A stretch of DNA of 64,000 nt from Seison nebaliae. Its lineage: Eukaryota. The translations under genes and the position numbers were made by a program. The notes under the pieces are model-generated. The model did no database searches. It worked only from the letters and a program-made list of their open reading frames with translations, and was not told the origin of the DNA. Shown piece after piece: positions 61,001 to 64,000 of this stretch (position 1 is its first letter; each line of letters opens with the position of its first letter). The DNA lies in the NCBI GenBank assembly GCA_023231475.1, contig JALJEE010000525.1:1-64000 (forward strand), written 5' to 3'.

Positions 61001-64000
61001 ATATATCAATATCTCTCCCATTTTGATAATACAAATTATTGGAATGAATGATGGTTTTCGTGTCAATACAATACACAACATTTCTTCTTTATTTTTCAGA
61101 ATGAACATCGTTTTTCGATGAAGTACTTATCAATCAGTTATTGGAATGGAATGAATGAATTTGTTCGTGAGAAGATTGCGGGAAATTCATCGAACATTTT
61201 GAATTATTTAAAGAAGTAATTCAGGGAACAATCCTGATACATTGCATCATTCAACCGTATCTCATGATGAAATTATTTCAATACGATTATAGTTTTATAA
61301 TTAGGATGATAAAATTCGAATCATAAAATTAGTCGATAAGAGTTTGAAAGATGATCTAGAAATGATTCATTAATTTGATGAGGTGGAAGAATGTTGGAGT
61401 TGGAGAACGTGAGGAATGATGTGATGAGAAGACATAATAAGAAGAGAAGTCGAATAATGGTGGAAATAATCGCCCATCAATTCTGGCAGATGTCGAATTG
61501 TGAAGTCAATGACTAATAAAGGAAATTGTGATGACGAAGGAAAACAATACAATTAAATTAAGAAACTTTCATCATTTCTTATAGTTCGAGTTGGTGTCAA
61601 GACACATTAAAGAAGAGTTGAGAGAGAAGAGAATTGAAGAGAATGACGATCTGCGGTATCAAAATTCTATTAAATCATATAGAAGTCCGGATAAGCGCTA
61701 GTACTCCTTGTCTCATCAATTTTCATTTTCACATGACTGCTGGCAACAATAAATAAAGCTAATAAGATTGGAAATAAACAGAAGTTGTCCGTTGGAGGTT
61801 TTTTCTCCTTTTTTCCGTTACTGCGAATTTAATTAACTTTGACAACAGGTGCTTCATTCGTTGTTTTTCTTATCGGTCTATCTCCCCTCCTCCTTTTTCT
61901 TCGTCGTCTAATTCTCTTTATTATGATTATTATTAAGATTTATATTGATACATTATCGTCGCCTCCTCTCGACATCAGCAATATTATAATTGCTGCTTCA
62001 ATATTGTCATTATTCCTGGGCTAGTAGCCACCTAAAAATCATCTTTGTTCATCGACTAAGACTTCTAGATAGCACGACAGATATTGATAAGAATGTTTCT
62101 ATTTCTTTAGTTATCGATCATTTGGCGAGAATATGTACGTGTATTTACGTTCGAACAAGAAAAGGAAATGGCGATGGAAGAGAAAAGGTTCATAAGAAAC
62201 CGAGCCAATAGATAAATTAGACAAACCGGACACTCTAATCATTCTTCCAATTCTCCACACTCTCATAAAATATCAAATAAATTTCTTTCCTTTCTTCAAA
62301 CGAATGACGAAGATAAATCATAAAGAAATAGAGGAAAGTAGCCTAAGAATTGTTCGTTCGAAAGAAGTAACTATATATGTTCCGAATGGAATATGCGCGA
62401 GCAACTTCAGCACAATTTCATCAATGACAATTATTGACATGACCAGAAGATGGTATGTGTAACGGCAATTTTAATAAAGAGTATAATGATGACGATGTAA
62501 GTGTGAAAAGAAGCGATATGATTCCAGCTGTGATAATCATTAGACATATCGGACGATTCCTCGGATAAGGTAGGAGACATGCGCATCGAAACAAATCAGC
62601 ATCCATTCCATTAATTCACACATTTCACATCATCATCATCACCATCATCATCGTTGTCGACATCATTACATTTCCACTAATGTACCGACTGATGACGATA
62701 GAGGAGGATTAAATAAATCATACACATCCATCCATTCGGTGAACTCGTCAAACGAATCATTAGCAAATGCTTAACAGAAGAAGAATATAAAGAAGAGATA
62801 GTAAACTTTGTTTCTTTCTATTACATTAGACGCATCCAATTGGCACATTCCATTCAGCGCAAAAAAAAACGAATCGACGTATCGAGAGTGAACCAAAGAT
62901 GTAATGACGAATTGGGTGAATTGAATTGAGTAAGGGGAAAAACTTCAATTTTTCAAAATAAATTTACTAACTTTCAAATAATGACAATTGGAACTTTTTC
63001 CTTTACTTAAATATTGAATCGATTTATAAATCTCAATTTTGCGCTAAGCAAATAGAAAGTAAGACGAATGGATTTGAACTAACGGAGCCCATGAAATGAA
63101 GTGAGTTCTCCACAACAGACGTATGATGTGGAAGAGGAGAAAAGTAAATAGGTTGTATGATAATTATCATTCTCATTTCTATCATTCTCAGTTAACTGAC
63201 CATTTTCGTGATGGGAGGGGAATAGATGTAGGGAGAATGTGGAGAAAAGAATTACTGATTTGCTAACTATTTAATTGACGAAGAAGAAGATGGAGAATTA
63301 TTATTTTACTTTCTCATATAATTAGCGCCCAATATCGTTTAGGTGAAACTATTAATTTTCTTACTTTCTCAATCTCCATCCATTTTTTCAGGTAGTTTAA
63401 TGATTGAACCAATCGTTATAACTGGGAGAGGATATGGTGCTAACAATAGGTTACTTATCAAATTATAAGAGAAGAATGAACAATTTTCTCATGCACAAGA
63501 GAGAATGATTATACGGAAAGTTATTGGAACTTGTGAATTGGAGAATTCTGATTAGACGAAATTTGCAGGTACTTCACATTGTTTCTCGAGTAATGATAAT
63601 AACGACTTTGAGAGACTAAGGGATGGAAAAGCGAAAACGAAAGAAGAATGTTGATCGATGTGAAAAAAAAGAAAATGCGATCAAACACTTCATCTATTTT
63701 ATTTCCCAACAGATTCATTTTCGTTCGGTTGAGGAAAGCAATATTTAGCAGGAATTATCAACTGCCTACCTACTTGCCTACTTATCTCGTAGTGTGCACA
63801 TATCCCCCTGCCTGATAGCTAAGTAATATACTAAATGATTATAATTGCTACATTTGTTTAGCGTGAAAAAAGAAACTAATGCAAGAAGAAAAATTTCGAC
63901 GACTTTCCTTCAATCTTTTAATTTGTTTGATGATAAGTAAGTAAGAAATACTATTCGTTCCTTCATACAAGATTGCTCCTACTTTCGACGATTCGCTAGA

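Noticed and set aside
59603..63718. Scattered 60-130 aa ORFs upstream of Myt1
   Set aside because: Low-complexity composition typical of AT-rich non-coding DNA. No homology recognised and no coherent exon chain.

Overview
AT-rich, gene-dense nuclear DNA from an animal (Myt1-type zinc finger, androglobin, HSF and fibrinogen-domain genes; standard genetic code). The compact layout suggests a small-genome invertebrate such as a gnathiferan or rotifer relative, but that is inference only. The window holds about 18 protein-coding genes: TTC7, a DegT-like PLP enzyme, MCM7, an antistasin+fibrinogen secreted protein, androglobin, TPPP/p25-alpha, HSF, ANKAR, APRT, WDR59, HPS1-like, RPA3, SmB, rhomboid, citrate synthase, ferrochelatase, an orphan secreted protein and Myt1. 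It also has three identical intron-containing tRNA-Ile(UAU) genes and a dead non-LTR retrotransposon fragment. The most striking signal is the splicing code. Hand-built gene models give about 50 mostly 38-60 nt GT-AG introns, and roughly 90% start GTT with a degenerate +4 to +6, instead of the usual GTRAGT. AAG acceptors are frequent. Canonical GTRAGT donors are seen mainly in putative 5'-UTR introns. All gene models are manual and lack transcript support.
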